64,000 nt of DNA from an uncultured Pseudomonadota bacterium (GCA_963770835.1 CAVYRH010000003.1:96001-160000); one strand, 5' to 3'. Shown: positions 19,335-29,782, counted from the first letter of the stretch. Notes: generated by a model from the sequence alone, not told the origin. Numbers and translations are program-made.

Positions 19335-20510
19335 CTAGGGCGATTTCAATAACCGTAGGCATTCCTTCAGCACGGTTTCCACCTCGATGGATTCCATGCA
19401 GCTCCGGAAGGGGCATCCGTACTCAAAACCCAGGTTCAGGCAAGGGCTGCAGAGCAAATCGGATCGCACCACCCGCGTTTCCGAGCCTTCCGCCGAAGGC
19501 TGGGGACCCCATTTAGCCGGGTCCGTAGGCCCGTGCAAGGCGACAAGGGGTCTGCCCAACCCCACGGCTAAATGCATGATTCCCGTATTTCCACAAACCA
19601 CAAGATCCATTTGGCGCAAAAGGTCGGCCAAATCAGGGAGGCTTAATTGCCCGCACCGGTTTTCGATGGCACCCCCTGAAAGCTTCAGGATTTCCCCGGC
19701 CAAGCCCTCTTCGCGCGGCCCGGAGCCGGTCAGGCTGATTTGGATATCCAGGGAACGGCCCAGTTCCCGGGCGAGCTGGGAATAGGATTCCACCGGCCAT
19801 TCCCGTTGCCATCCGGAGGCCCCGCAACCAGGATGAAAGTGAACGCGGAAAGTCCCCTCTTTGCGGGGTGGGACGGGCTGGTTTCCCCGGTAAAGCCCTT
19901 CCTTCTCCAGGAAACCGTTGAAGTTTTCGATGGTGGAAGGTTCAACGCCCGCTAAGGCGGCCAGGGAGGCGAATTGCTCCGCTTCATGCGACCCTTTTCC
20001 ATTCGGGGAGGTTTGGGAATAAAGAAAATGGCGGTATTGCCCCGGAGTTTTGAATCCCAAACGGCGCGGAGCACCGGAGAGAAAACAAAGCAAAGGTGAA
20101 ATGCGAAGCCACTGGTCGAAATCCAGGGAAAGGGAGGGCTTGAAGGCCCGCAGGCGTCGCAGGAAGCGCCAAAAGGCCAGGGGGTTTTTGAGGAAAAGCC
20201 CGAAATCCAAGAAAAAGACTTCGTCCACATAGGGAGTTTTTTCCACGGCGGCCCGGTTGATCGAAGTGGCCAACATGACGAGGCGGCCCTCTTTGCCGAC
20301 CTTTTGATGCAGGGTTTTCAAGAGGGGAAGGAGGAGGAGGGTGTCGCCCAAGGCGGAAAGCTTGACGACCAGAATTCGGTCACCCGGCGAAAGGGGTTTT
20401 CGAGCGGGGCGGGTGACCAGGTCCAGCAGCCGGCAAAAAAGGCCGGCCATCAGGACCAGGGGAACACCCAAGTAGTAATCAATTTTCCTAAAGTTCTTGT
20501 TGCCCTTCAT
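19335..20510 (-). CDS. Glycosyltransferase family 9 (ADP-heptose:LPS heptosyltransferase-like)
   Basis: ILVVKLSALGD, NTGIMHLAVGLGRPLVALHGPTDP, CSPC. Confidence 0.9.
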   Translation of the reverse strand: MKGNKNFRKIDYYLGVPLVLMAGLFCRLLDLVTRPARKPLSPGDRILVVKLSALGDTLLLLPLLKTLHQKVGKEGRLVMLATSINRAAVEKTPYVDEVFFLDFGLFLKNPLAFWRFLRRLRAFKPSLSLDFDQWLRISPLLCFLSGAPRRLGFKTPGQYRHFLYSQTSPNGKGSHEAEQFASLAALAGVEPSTIENFNGFLEKEGLYRGNQPVPPRKEGTFRVHFHPGCGASGWQREWPVESYSQLARELGRSLDIQISLTGSGPREEGLAGEILKLSGGAIENRCGQLSLPDLADLLRQMDLVVCGNTGIMHLAVGLGRPLVALHGPTDPAKWGPQPSAEGSETRVVRSDLLCSPCLNLGFEYGCPFRSCMESIEVETVLKECLRLLKSP

Positions 20511-20745
20511 GATGGTCCCCGGAAAAAAAGTGGATCAGCCAACCCAGCCATTTAGCCATAAATGAACGTCCGTGTCCCAAAATTCATTAAGTTTTATCCT
20601 TGGTTTTTGGGGGACTATACCGGTCTCCATAACATAAATAAATGAAATTTGGTTTGAGTAAAGTACGGCCTATGAATGGATTTTTTTGGAAAATCGCAAT
20701 TTCAGGGGTTAAACTCCCCTTCGGGTTTCCCCAGGGGAGGGGTTT

Positions 20746-21375
20746 TTGAGAATTGCCTTGGTGCATGATTGGCTGGTGGAATCGGGTGAAAAGGAGAAAG
20801 TTCTTTTCGCGATGATGGAGCTTTTTCCCGATGCGGAGATTTTCATCCTGGTTTACCGGCCGGAACAGTTCGGCGACCGGTTCCGGAACCGGCATTTGAC
20901 GGCCTCTCGACTGCAACGGCTGCCTTTCGGAAAGACGTTCTTTCCCTACTATCTACCCCTTTTTTGGGGAATGATGAGGGGGTTCGATCTCTCCCCCTAT
21001 GACCTGATTGTTTCCACCGGCTCGGCCTGCGCCAAATGGGTGCGGCCCCCCCAAAAAGCCCTGCACATCCATTACTGCTTGGGCCTTCCGGGAAAGATAT
21101 GGGAAGAGGGCGGAGAAAACGGTATCGGGATTTTTCCCCGTTGGGAAGAGAGCCTTTTCCGGGATTACCTGCGCAAATGCGACCTCCAATCCAACGAAGG
21201 GGTGACCCATTTTCTGGTGGTCTCGGAGGAAATGAAGGGCCTAGTCCACCGGCTGTATGGCCGGGAGGCAGAGGTCATCGCCGCCCCCGTTGACGCCAAG
21301 TTCCTGTTTCGCAGCCAAGTCTATTTCCGGAAGCTTTTTGGGATACCCACCATCCCCGGCAATGACCGCTTTTAA
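20746..21375 (+). CDS. GT4-like protein, N-terminal domain only
   Basis: MRIALVHDWL...EKVL, FDLSPYDLIVS, HIHYC; only 209 aa. Confidence 0.7.
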   Translation: MRIALVHDWLVESGEKEKVLFAMMELFPDAEIFILVYRPEQFGDRFRNRHLTASRLQRLPFGKTFFPYYLPLFWGMMRGFDLSPYDLIVSTGSACAKWVRPPQKALHIHYCLGLPGKIWEEGGENGIGIFPRWEESLFRDYLRKCDLQSNEGVTHFLVVSEEMKGLVHRLYGREAEVIAAPVDAKFLFRSQVYFRKLFGIPTIPGNDRF

Positions 21376-21468
21376 GGAAGCCCGTCACGGTCGACAGGCG
21401 GGGAATGGCGGCTATAATCGAACGGTGCTTGGCCTGAAAATCAGCCCTTCCGGCTTTTTAGGGAATTT

Positions 21469-22856
21469 ATGAAACCAAGAATCCCCTCTGTTTTTTCAGC
21501 CGTCAGTTTCATCGGTGACGGCTTGGTTGTCGCCAGTTCCTTCCTTTTGGCCAACTGGATCAGGTTCAATTCGGGGCTCCTGAAAACCGGGGGGGCGCCA
21601 CCTATCCCCATTACCGGTCCTTCATTCTTTTTTTCGTCGTCGTCAACCTGGTCATTTTCAAATACATCGGCCTGTACCGCAAACGGCGCGGCATTTCGGG
21701 GGTCGACGAGCTTTCTAAAGTTATCCAATCCGTCATTATTTCCTCGGTCCTTATTTCGGCGTCCACTTTTCTCGCGAAGTTTTTCGCTTTCTCCCGGTTG
21801 GTGATCGGTTTTTCGGCGGTTTTGGTGGTCGTCGGCGTTTGGTTGGAAAGGATTCTCTTAAGGCGCTTTCAAATCATCCTTCGCCGAAGGGGATTTGGCG
21901 TCACCCGCATATTCGTGGTCGGCGCGGGTGAAACGGCCAGGATTTTGATCCAGCGCATCAAACATAATCCGGGATTAGGTTACCGGATCATCGGTATCGT
22001 TTCGGAGGGTAAGTCTTCCGGGGAGATTGAAGGATTCAAGATTGTGGGAACCCTGGCCCAGTTCATCCCTCTCCTCAAAAAGCACGGCCCCGATGAGGTG
22101 ATCTTCGCCCTTCCGGCTTCCGCCCACGGGCAGCTCATTCCCATGCTGGTCTCCCTGCAGGACACGCGGGTGAAGTACAAGATTGTCTCGGACTTGTTCG
22201 GCCTCATCACCAGCCCCCTGGAAAGCGACGTCCTATTGGATATGCCCATCTTCGAAATGAAGGAAGCGCCTCTGAGTTCGTGGCACAACCGCGCCATCAA
22301 GCGGACATTTGATTTTTTGTTCGCATTGGTAGGAATCCTGCTGTTAAGCCCGGTTTGGATTCTCGTTGCCATCGGCGTCAAACTTTCCTCGCCCGGCCCC
22401 ATTTTGTTCCACCAGAAAAGGGTGGGGAGGGATGGGCGGGTTTTCCATATGAGAAAGTTCCGCACCATGAGAGTGGGCACGGAAACCGTGGCCTTTACGG
22501 CCAAAAACGACCCTCGGGTGACCCCCTTGGGGGCCTTTCTCCGTAAAACCAGCCTGGACGAACTGCCCCAGCTTTTGAATGTAGTAACGGGCCGCATGAG
22601 CCTGGTAGGCCCCCGCCCTGAGGTGCCGGGACTGGTGGAGAAGTTCCAGAAGGAAATTCCGCGCTATTTCGAGCGGCACCAGGTGAAATCCGGCATTACT
22701 GGTTGGGCCCAAGTGAACGGTTTCAGGGGCAATACTTCCTTGGAAGAGCGGATCAAATACGATATTTACTACATCGAGAATTGGAGTCTTTTGTTTGATA
22801 TCAAGATTATCTTAAGGACGGTTTTGGATATTTTGGAACATGAGCATGCTTATTAG
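21469..22856 (+). CDS. Undecaprenyl-phosphate glucose phosphotransferase (WcaJ-like), frameshifted at a G7 tract
   Basis: KRTFD, KFRTM, LRKTSLDELPQL, MSLVGPRPE, GITGWAQVNG. One extra G at 21589-21595 joins the two ORFs. Confidence 0.88.
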
Positions 22857-22941
22857 GGCAGGTGGCAGTTCGCAGTCGACAGTCGGCAGGTAAGGCGGGT
22901 TCGAGTCCGACGCGGGGAGCGTTCAAAATTAGGAGAAGGCG

Positions 22942-23247
22942 ATGATATTTCAGGAAAGATTAAGAAAACAAATATTCTTGCAACGCTTATTCATGTTTAT
23001 TGGAATAGGAATAGCAGCATTGGGAGTGTTAATTGGTGGTGGGCATTACGGTTTAATGCCATGGATCACTGTTTTGGGATTATTCGTTTTCATGGGTTCG
23101 ATTATTTTTCTGTGGAATGCCGCTCATTGCCCGAAATGCAAAGCATTTATTGATTATTCTTTTCATCGGTATATTGGTTGGAAATCAGAAAAAATAAAGC
23201 ATTGTTCTCATTGTGGCGTTTCCTTTGAAATGGAAATGAAACACTGA
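22942..23247 (+). CDS. Hypothetical two-TM protein with Zn-ribbon
   Basis: CPKC...CSHC; AGGAG RBS; AT-rich. Confidence 0.65.
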   Translation: MIFQERLRKQIFLQRLFMFIGIGIAALGVLIGGGHYGLMPWITVLGLFVFMGSIIFLWNAAHCPKCKAFIDYSFHRYIGWKSEKIKHCSHCGVSFEMEMKH

Positions 23248-23377
23248 AATAAGGTGGTCTAACAAATGTCCACTACGAAAGGGGCTAGGCTCTAAATAAA
23301 TCAAATTTGATCTTTCGCAAATCCCCCTACGCTAAAGCTTCGGGGGACAGGTCGTACGGAATGGGGAATTGATTTAA

Positions 23378-24295
23378 ATGAAAATTCTTGTAACTGGCGG
23401 GGCGGGGTTCATCGGCAGCCACGTGGTGGACGCTTATTTGGAAGCGGGCCACCAGGTGGTGATCGTCGATGACCTTTCCACGGGCAAAAAAGAAAACCTA
23501 AACCCAAAAGCCAAGTTCTACCAGATGGACATCCTCGACGATAAGCTTCAACACTTGATGCAGGACGAACATATCGAGGTCGTCAACCACCACGCGGCCC
23601 AAATCAAGGTCAAAGCCTCCTTGGAAGACCCTTATTTCGACGTCAAAGTGAACGTGTTGGGATCGGTGCTGCTCTTGGACCTCTGCCGCAGGGCGGGCGT
23701 CAAAAAGGTCATCTATGCGTCCTCTGGCGGCGCCCAATACGGCGAAATGCAGAAAGAACCTTTCCCTGAGACCCATTCTTCAAGGCCCTTTTCGGTTTAT
23801 GGGGCCAGCAAGTATTCTGTGGAGCTTTACACGGATGTTTTCGCCCAGAACTTCGGATTGGAATATGTCATCTTGCGCTATGCCAACGTCTATGGCCCCC
23901 GGCAGGACGCCCTGGGGGAAGGGGGTGTGGTGGCGATCTTCACCCATTGCATGCTCCACGGCGGGGACTTTGTCATTTTCGGGGACGGCTACAACGTCCG
24001 GGATTATGTGTACGTCAAGGACGTGGCACGGGCCAGCATGCTGGCTTTGGATTACCCCCACAATGACGTTTTCAACATCGGAACAGGCGTGGGAACCACG
24101 ACCAACCAGCTTTTTGAGATCCTGGCGAAAGCTACGGGTTACCAACAGCCTCCCAAAAGGATAGTGGCCCGCCTGGGGGACCTGCAAAAGAGTGTTTTGG
24201 ATGCGTCTAAAGCGAAGAAACTTTTGAAGTGGGAACCGCAGTTCGATTTGAAAAAGGGTTTGGAAGAAACTATCAGCTATTATAAAAAAAGTTAA
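23378..24295 (+). CDS. NAD-dependent epimerase/dehydratase (UDP-glucose 4-epimerase-like)
   Basis: VTGGAGFIGSH, YGASK, LRYANVYGPRQD. Confidence 0.92.
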   Translation: MKILVTGGAGFIGSHVVDAYLEAGHQVVIVDDLSTGKKENLNPKAKFYQMDILDDKLQHLMQDEHIEVVNHHAAQIKVKASLEDPYFDVKVNVLGSVLLLDLCRRAGVKKVIYASSGGAQYGEMQKEPFPETHSSRPFSVYGASKYSVELYTDVFAQNFGLEYVILRYANVYGPRQDALGEGGVVAIFTHCMLHGGDFVIFGDGYNVRDYVYVKDVARASMLALDYPHNDVFNIGTGVGTTTNQLFEILAKATGYQQPPKRIVARLGDLQKSVLDASKAKKLLKWEPQFDLKKGLEETISYYKKS

Positions 24296-24296
24296 A

Positions 24297-24442
24297 CTGT
24301 CATTGCGAGGAGTGACCGCTGGATAAGCGGTCGATTACGACGAAGCAACCCAAGTTTAAATACGCTTTTTACAAGGCAACCGGCAAAAACCACACATGAA
24401 CTGAGGTTGCTTCATCACAAAGTTCGTTCCTCGCAATGACAG
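24297..24442. repeat. GTCATTGCGAGG...GACGAAGCAA palindromic intergenic repeat (other copies 43943-44095 and a half copy at 45920-45975)
   Basis: Terminal inverted repeat CTGTCATTGCGAGGA/TCCTCGCAATGACAG; inner GAAGCAACC/GGTTGCTTC. Confidence 0.8.
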
Positions 24443-24468
24443 CAATTTTGTTTATTAATGGAGATTAA

Positions 24469-25509
24469 ATGAAAGCTATCATCCTTGTCGGCGGGCAGGG
24501 TACCCGCATGCGGCCACTGACCGACCACCTTCCCAAGAATATCGTGCCGCTGTGCGGCGTGCCGTTTCTTACCTATCAAATTGAATTCCTGAAAAAAGCC
24601 GGCATTAAAGAAATTGTTTTCTCGTTGGGCTATCGGCCGACCGATATCCAAAAGGTCTACGGCGATGGACGCCGGTTGAAAGTGAAGATCCACTACGTGG
24701 TCGAAAAAGAGCCTTTGGGGACCGGGGGCGCCGTCAAAAACGCGGAGAAATTCGCCAAGGGTTCGCCGGTTGTCGTCTTAAACGGCGACATCCTGACCGA
24801 TATTCCCCTGAAAAAGATGATCGCCTACCATCACAAAAGTAAAAACACCGCGACCTTGGGGCTGGTCCGGGTGGAAGACCCCACGATTTATGGTTTGGTT
24901 TTATTGAACAAGCAGGGCCAAATCACCCGTTTCCTTGAAAAACCGGCCCCGGAAGAAGTGGTGACCGACACCATCAACGCGGGTGTTTATGTATTCGAAC
25001 CCCGGGTTTTCCGCCTGCTCCCCGAAGGAGAAAATTATTCCTCGGAGCGGGGCTTGTTTCCCGCCCTATTGACGATCAAAGAACGCTTCGGGGGGTTTGT
25101 TTGGAAGGGCTATTGGCAGGATATCGGCACGCCGCGGAAATACCTGACGACCCATTGGGATGTATTGGACGGGGCCTTCAAAATACCAAGGGCATCCGGA
25201 ACGCGAAAGAACAAGGTTTACTTGGGCAAAGGGGTGAAGATCGGGAAGGGAGTCCTCCTGAAGGGGCCGGCTTTGGTGGAGGATGGGTGCGTTATCGGAG
25301 AGGGCGCCCGAATCCTGCCCTATGCCGTTCTCGGCAAGAAATGCAGTGTTGGGAAAAACACTTCGGTGTCCAAAAGCGTTTTGTGGGATGGGGTAAAGGT
25401 CGGCGATGGAGTTGGCCTGGACGAGGTCATCCTCGGGCGCCGGTGCCATGTACCTTCCCATTCCCAAGTCGCGCCAGGCAGCGTTCTCGGCGACGATTCA
25501 AAGCTTTAA
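24469..25509 (+). CDS. NDP-sugar synthase (mannose-1-phosphate guanylyltransferase-like)
   Basis: AIILVGGQGTRMRPLT..PK, EPLGTGGA, NGD, YWQDIGTP, C-terminal hexapeptide repeats. Confidence 0.9.
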   Translation: MKAIILVGGQGTRMRPLTDHLPKNIVPLCGVPFLTYQIEFLKKAGIKEIVFSLGYRPTDIQKVYGDGRRLKVKIHYVVEKEPLGTGGAVKNAEKFAKGSPVVVLNGDILTDIPLKKMIAYHHKSKNTATLGLVRVEDPTIYGLVLLNKQGQITRFLEKPAPEEVVTDTINAGVYVFEPRVFRLLPEGENYSSERGLFPALLTIKERFGGFVWKGYWQDIGTPRKYLTTHWDVLDGAFKIPRASGTRKNKVYLGKGVKIGKGVLLKGPALVEDGCVIGEGARILPYAVLGKKCSVGKNTSVSKSVLWDGVKVGDGVGLDEVILGRRCHVPSHSQVAPGSVLGDDSKL

Positions 25510-25565
25510 AGTTCGAAGTTCGTAGTTCGAAGTGCGAAGTTGAAAGTCCTTTAGGAAGAACCGGG

Positions 25566-25928
25566 ATGTCCAAAAGTATTGTCCAAGAAAAGAGTTTCAA
25601 ATTTGCCCTCAAAATCATCGGGTTTTTTGGCCATCTTCGAAAAGGCAATGAATACATACTTTCAAAGCAATTACTTCGGAGTGGAACGAGCATTGGAGCC
25701 AATGTTGAAGAAGCTTTGGCTGCCCAAACCCGGAGGGATTTTCATTCCAAAATGACAATTGCCTCAAAAGAGGCAAGGGAAACACGCTATTGGCTTCGGC
25801 TGCTCCAGGAGTCACAAGTGGTTAAGGCGGATTTGAGCGAATATCTTAAAATGGTCGAGGAACTGGTTAAAATGCTGACTGCCATTACTAAAACAGCTTG
25901 GCGAAACATAAATGAAAACAACAAATGA
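25566..25928 (+). CDS. Four-helix-bundle protein (23S rRNA IVP-like family) flanked by inverted heptamer arrays
   Basis: LSKQLLRSGTSIGANVEEA, KEARETRYWLRLL; (AAGTTCG)n at 25509-25547 and its complement at ~25963-25994. Confidence 0.9.
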   Translation: MSKSIVQEKSFKFALKIIGFFGHLRKGNEYILSKQLLRSGTSIGANVEEALAAQTRRDFHSKMTIASKEARETRYWLRLLQESQVVKADLSEYLKMVEELVKMLTAITKTAWRNINENNK

Positions 25929-25994
25929 ACTTTATTTTTCGGCAAAGCCGAAAAATTTCAATAACTTCGACCTTCGCACTTCGAACTTCAAACT

Positions 25995-26309
25995 ATGATC
26001 CCCGTTGGCTATCAAAAAGCCCTAGATTTGGACGGTCTAGTAGATGGTACAACTAAGGAGGTCGAGGTCGGCCCCCTTCCCATTTTTCTTCACCGCCGGG
26101 GAGACAAGGTTTTCGCCACCGGCGTTTATTGCCCCCACCAGGACTTCCGGCTGTATCCCTTCAACTGTTCCGGGGACACCATCCTTTGCACCGCCCATGG
26201 CTACCGCATGAATATCCAAACCGGAGCCTGCTCCAACGAGCCCGATCTTTTCCTGGCGACCTACTTAACCCTGGTGGAAAACGGGGAGGTCTGGGTGAAG
26301 TTGTATTGA
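25995..26309 (+). CDS. Rieske (2Fe-2S) ferredoxin
   Basis: CPHQ...CTAHG. Confidence 0.85.
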   Translation: MIPVGYQKALDLDGLVDGTTKEVEVGPLPIFLHRRGDKVFATGVYCPHQDFRLYPFNCSGDTILCTAHGYRMNIQTGACSNEPDLFLATYLTLVENGEVWVKLY

Positions 26310-26357
26310 ATAGATGTTAAAATCGGTCTCATTCTCATCAGTGGAAAGGGACGATTC

Positions 26358-28007
26358 ATGAGCCGGTTCAATAACCTTGTTTGCGCTTCCTTTGTGATAT
26401 TCCTCCTGGCCTTTTCTCCATCCTGGGCCGATTCAATCGCCACCAGCGTCCTTCGCCCCAAGCCTTTTGAACTTTGGCCGGCCACCAATGACGCCGCCCC
26501 CACGACTTTCACCAAGGCCGCGCCGGCCTACCCGGCCAAGGGCAAGCCCTGGAAGTTCGCTTATGGTTCCAAGGTCCAGGTGAAAATCGACGCTACCCAG
26601 GTTCTCCACAACGTCACTCCCTACCAATTCGGCAACAACGCCGACTGGTGGGACGGCAAAGATTGGTTCATGGACCCGGATCGTATTGAAAAAGTTAAGG
26701 AAGCCGGCATCCGGTTCTGGCGCTGGCCCGGCGGCAGTTCCTCCGATAATTATTTCTGGGACGGGAATTACCAGGGGCACACCAAGGACCATGACGGCGG
26801 GGATCCCACCAACATGACCCAGTCCTGGGCGGTCTCAACGGACGACTTCATCGATTTTTGCCGCAAAACGGGGTCCGAAGCGATTTTCACCGTTAATTAC
26901 GCCGCCGCCCGCTACGGAAGCGTGAAGGAAGCGGCGGACCTGGCCGCCAGCTGGGTCAAACATTGCAACGTCGACATGAAGTACAAGGTGCGGTATTGGG
27001 AAATCGGCAACGAGGTTTATGGTCCCTGGGAAGAGGGCAACAAGATGGACGGAAAGCCCCAGTTGACGGGGGACGTTTACGGCAAGGACCTGCAGGTGAT
27101 CGTCGCGGCCATGAAGAAAGTTGATCCGGATATTTACGTCGGCGCCGTTGCCGTGGATACGGACGACGGCGGGGACTGGACGGGATACCATTGGTGGATG
27201 CGGGACCTTTTGCCCCAATTGCAGGGAAAAACGGATTACCTCATCCTCCACCAGTATTTTATGTGGCCCTTCACGGGGGACACCTACTCCAATCCCTCCA
27301 ACGAAGTCCTTTTCGGGAACCTTCATAAAATGGGGGATGCCTTTGGCGCTGCGGGCCAGATGGAGGACAAATACGCGCCCTCGGAGAAAGGGATTCCGGT
27401 CGCCCTGACCGAATACAACCTGGTGAATGCCGCACCCCCCCAAACCATCGAGCTCATCAACGGCCTTTTCACCGCCGAGGTATTGGGGGAGGGCATCAAG
27501 ACGGGGTATGTCGCCTCCAATTATTGGGATTTGAAAAACGGCTTGGACAAGAAATTGGGTGGAAGTATGGCTATCCTGGCTTCCGATGACAATTCCGTCC
27601 CCGATGCCACGCCCAGGCCTTCTTACTATGCCTTCGCCCTTTACAACCAAGCCTTCGGTGACAAAATGGTCGCCGCCGACAGCTCCGACCCAACCGTGAA
27701 GGTTTACGCCAGCCGGTTTTCAGGCGGGGAATTGGGATTGGTGGTCGTCAACCAGAATGATACGAACCAGACCCTGAACTTCGATTTCACGGGCTTCACC
27801 CCCCAGGGCAAGCTCATGGGCTGGGTCTTGACGGGCAAGGGGCTCAACGAAAAACAGGTTTCCTGGAACGGGGAAGAAGGGCCTTTGGGAGGCGGAGGGC
27901 CATTCCCCATTAACACCATCCAACCCTACCGGGCGACCTTCAAGACCGACAAGCCCCTTCAATTGCCAATCCAGGCCCACTCGGTTACCGGGATTATTCT
28001 TTACTAA
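26358..28007 (+). CDS. Secreted clan GH-A glycoside hydrolase (alpha-L-arabinofuranosidase-like)
   Basis: Signal peptide; RWPGGSSSD, RYWEIGNE, ALTEYN. Confidence 0.8.
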   Translation: MSRFNNLVCASFVIFLLAFSPSWADSIATSVLRPKPFELWPATNDAAPTTFTKAAPAYPAKGKPWKFAYGSKVQVKIDATQVLHNVTPYQFGNNADWWDGKDWFMDPDRIEKVKEAGIRFWRWPGGSSSDNYFWDGNYQGHTKDHDGGDPTNMTQSWAVSTDDFIDFCRKTGSEAIFTVNYAAARYGSVKEAADLAASWVKHCNVDMKYKVRYWEIGNEVYGPWEEGNKMDGKPQLTGDVYGKDLQVIVAAMKKVDPDIYVGAVAVDTDDGGDWTGYHWWMRDLLPQLQGKTDYLILHQYFMWPFTGDTYSNPSNEVLFGNLHKMGDAFGAAGQMEDKYAPSEKGIPVALTEYNLVNAAPPQTIELINGLFTAEVLGEGIKTGYVASNYWDLKNGLDKKLGGSMAILASDDNSVPDATPRPSYYAFALYNQAFGDKMVAADSSDPTVKVYASRFSGGELGLVVVNQNDTNQTLNFDFTGFTPQGKLMGWVLTGKGLNEKQVSWNGEEGPLGGGGPFPINTIQPYRATFKTDKPLQLPIQAHSVTGIILY

Positions 28008-28125
28008 GAAATCTTCCCATAAACTTCTTTCTCTATCGGCTCCAACATGATTTTTCTTGAAATCATGTTGGAGCCGGGCGGGGCAGTGAGATCCCTTCAT
28101 TCAAATGAAGGGCTTCGTGCTTCTT

Positions 28126-28284
28126 GGTAATGCATCAGTTTGAAAAGAAAATGTTACTCCACCCTCACCCCGCCCTCTCCCCTCAAGGGAGAGGGGGAAA
28201 CAGCATTAAAAACCCTCGCCCCTTGGGGGAGAGGGTAGGGTGAGGGGTGCCTTAAGGTCGTACAACTCAAACTGATGCACTACC
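28126..28284. mobile_element. 159-bp MITE copy B, 8-bp duplication TGCTTCTT
   Basis: Terminal IRs GGTAATGCATCAGTTTGA / TCAAACTGATGCACTACC. Confidence 0.85.
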
Positions 28285-28299
28285 TGCTTCTTTTGTACG

Positions 28300-28328
28300 T
28301 TGACGGCGTATGGCCCCTCCCCTAAAAT
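28300..28328 (+). promoter_or_regulatory. Sigma70-like promoter
   Basis: TTGACG-17 bp-TAAAAT upstream of the TPR gene. Confidence 0.5.
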
Positions 28329-28372
28329 CGATAATTCCTGCTGCACCGGCTTAACTATTCCAAGGAGCCAGG

Positions 28373-29665
28373 ATGTCTTTTTCCGCAAAATTTTTCCTCA
28401 AGCTCACCCCCTTTCTTTTGTTACTTCCACTGTCCTTGCTCGCCGACGATCAAACCGGGCAGTATTACCTGGATAAGGGCAACGTCTATGAAAAGGAAAA
28501 GCGCTCCGAAACCGCCATCCAATATTACCAGGAGGCCGTGGAGCGGAACCCTTACAACGCCGAGGCCCACAATAATCTCGGCGAGCTTTACGCCAAGAAA
28601 AACATGCTCGACGACGCCATGGACCAGTTCAATAAGGCCCTCCAGATACAGCCTAACTATACGGAGGCCCTTTCCAATAAGGCTTATGTCCTTGTCCAAA
28701 AGAGGGATTTTCCCGAGGCGATCCGCTTCGCGAAGAAAGCCATCCAGGCCGATCCCGGTTTGGGTTCAGCCCATTACAACTTGGGGATGGCGTATTTCCA
28801 ACAAAAGCAATACCAAGCGGCCGTCCCGGAGTTCAAGCTGGCGGTAAGGGCCTTCCCGGACAATGCGGATGTCTATGAACGCCTGGGGGACTCCCTCGTG
28901 GCCCAATCCCGCGATGAGGAGGCCCGGGCCTACTATTGGCAGGCCGTCCAGACCGATCCCATGGATGCCACCGCGCGCACCAAGCTGGGGGATACATACC
29001 TCGCCATGGGGAATGAGAAAAAGGCCATTGAACAATTCAAGGCGTCGGAAGACCTGGACCCCGCCAGCCTATCCGCCCATTACAAAATGGCCGACCATTA
29101 CGAAGACATCCGGGACTGGGACAATGCCCGCAGGGAATACCTCGTGATCCTATCCATCGACGACGAACAGGGCCCCGCCCACAAACAGGTCGCCCTTATT
29201 TACGAACGGGACGACGAAATGGGCCTGGCCCTCTACCATTGGGACAAATACCTGGAAATTGTCCCGAACGACCCCGAGGCCCAGCAGCACATGATCGACA
29301 TCCGGAAGCCCCTCCTCACCAAGAAGCAGAAAGAGGAAATGGACAAGCTCAACCAAAAGCTTCATCCAACCGGACCCCTCACGCCGATATCCACACCGAA
29401 TGCGCCGCCTTCAGCCCCGGTGGTTCAGGCGCAGGAAAACCCGGCCCCCAATAGTAATGGAATGCCCCCTTTAACTTCACCCGCCGGCAACGGCCAAACG
29501 GCCCCGGCGGTTATCCCCCCCGATAACAACCCGGCGGCCACCTCCGCCCCCTTGGCGCCTCCCCCCGTGGAGTCCATTCCTACGCCCACTCCCGCCACGC
29601 AGTTGGTGCCTGTGGATCTGGCACAGGCTTCCCCCACCCCTGAAATCGCGACGCTTCCTAAATAA
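28373..29665 (+). CDS. Exported tetratricopeptide-repeat protein with Pro-rich tail
   Basis: Signal peptide, repeated TPR units (AEAHNNLGELY, AHYNLGMAY). Confidence 0.88.
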   Translation: MSFSAKFFLKLTPFLLLLPLSLLADDQTGQYYLDKGNVYEKEKRSETAIQYYQEAVERNPYNAEAHNNLGELYAKKNMLDDAMDQFNKALQIQPNYTEALSNKAYVLVQKRDFPEAIRFAKKAIQADPGLGSAHYNLGMAYFQQKQYQAAVPEFKLAVRAFPDNADVYERLGDSLVAQSRDEEARAYYWQAVQTDPMDATARTKLGDTYLAMGNEKKAIEQFKASEDLDPASLSAHYKMADHYEDIRDWDNARREYLVILSIDDEQGPAHKQVALIYERDDEMGLALYHWDKYLEIVPNDPEAQQHMIDIRKPLLTKKQKEEMDKLNQKLHPTGPLTPISTPNAPPSAPVVQAQENPAPNSNGMPPLTSPAGNGQTAPAVIPPDNNPAATSAPLAPPPVESIPTPTPATQLVPVDLAQASPTPEIATLPK

Positions 29666-29782
29666 GATTTTTCCATGGATTTGAAGGGTGACAGGTGTTC
29701 GGAAGTAAATATTCCGCTTGGCTTGAAATTGTCCGATAAGACTCATAGTTTGTTGAAACTATAATAAAGGAACCATCCACCG

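Noticed and set aside
22897..22920. tRNA gene
   Set aside because: Only a 3'-end-like fragment; no D or anticodon arm.
23267..23277. Seventh copy of the 28-bp site (TGTCCACTACG)
   Set aside because: Left arm only; no GGGACC spacer or right arm.
25101..25565. N-terminal extensions of track ORFs 25101-25928, 54860-56227, 41881-42405 and 12006-14234
   Set aside because: They overlap upstream genes, IS ends or repeats; later starts fit homology and RBS better.
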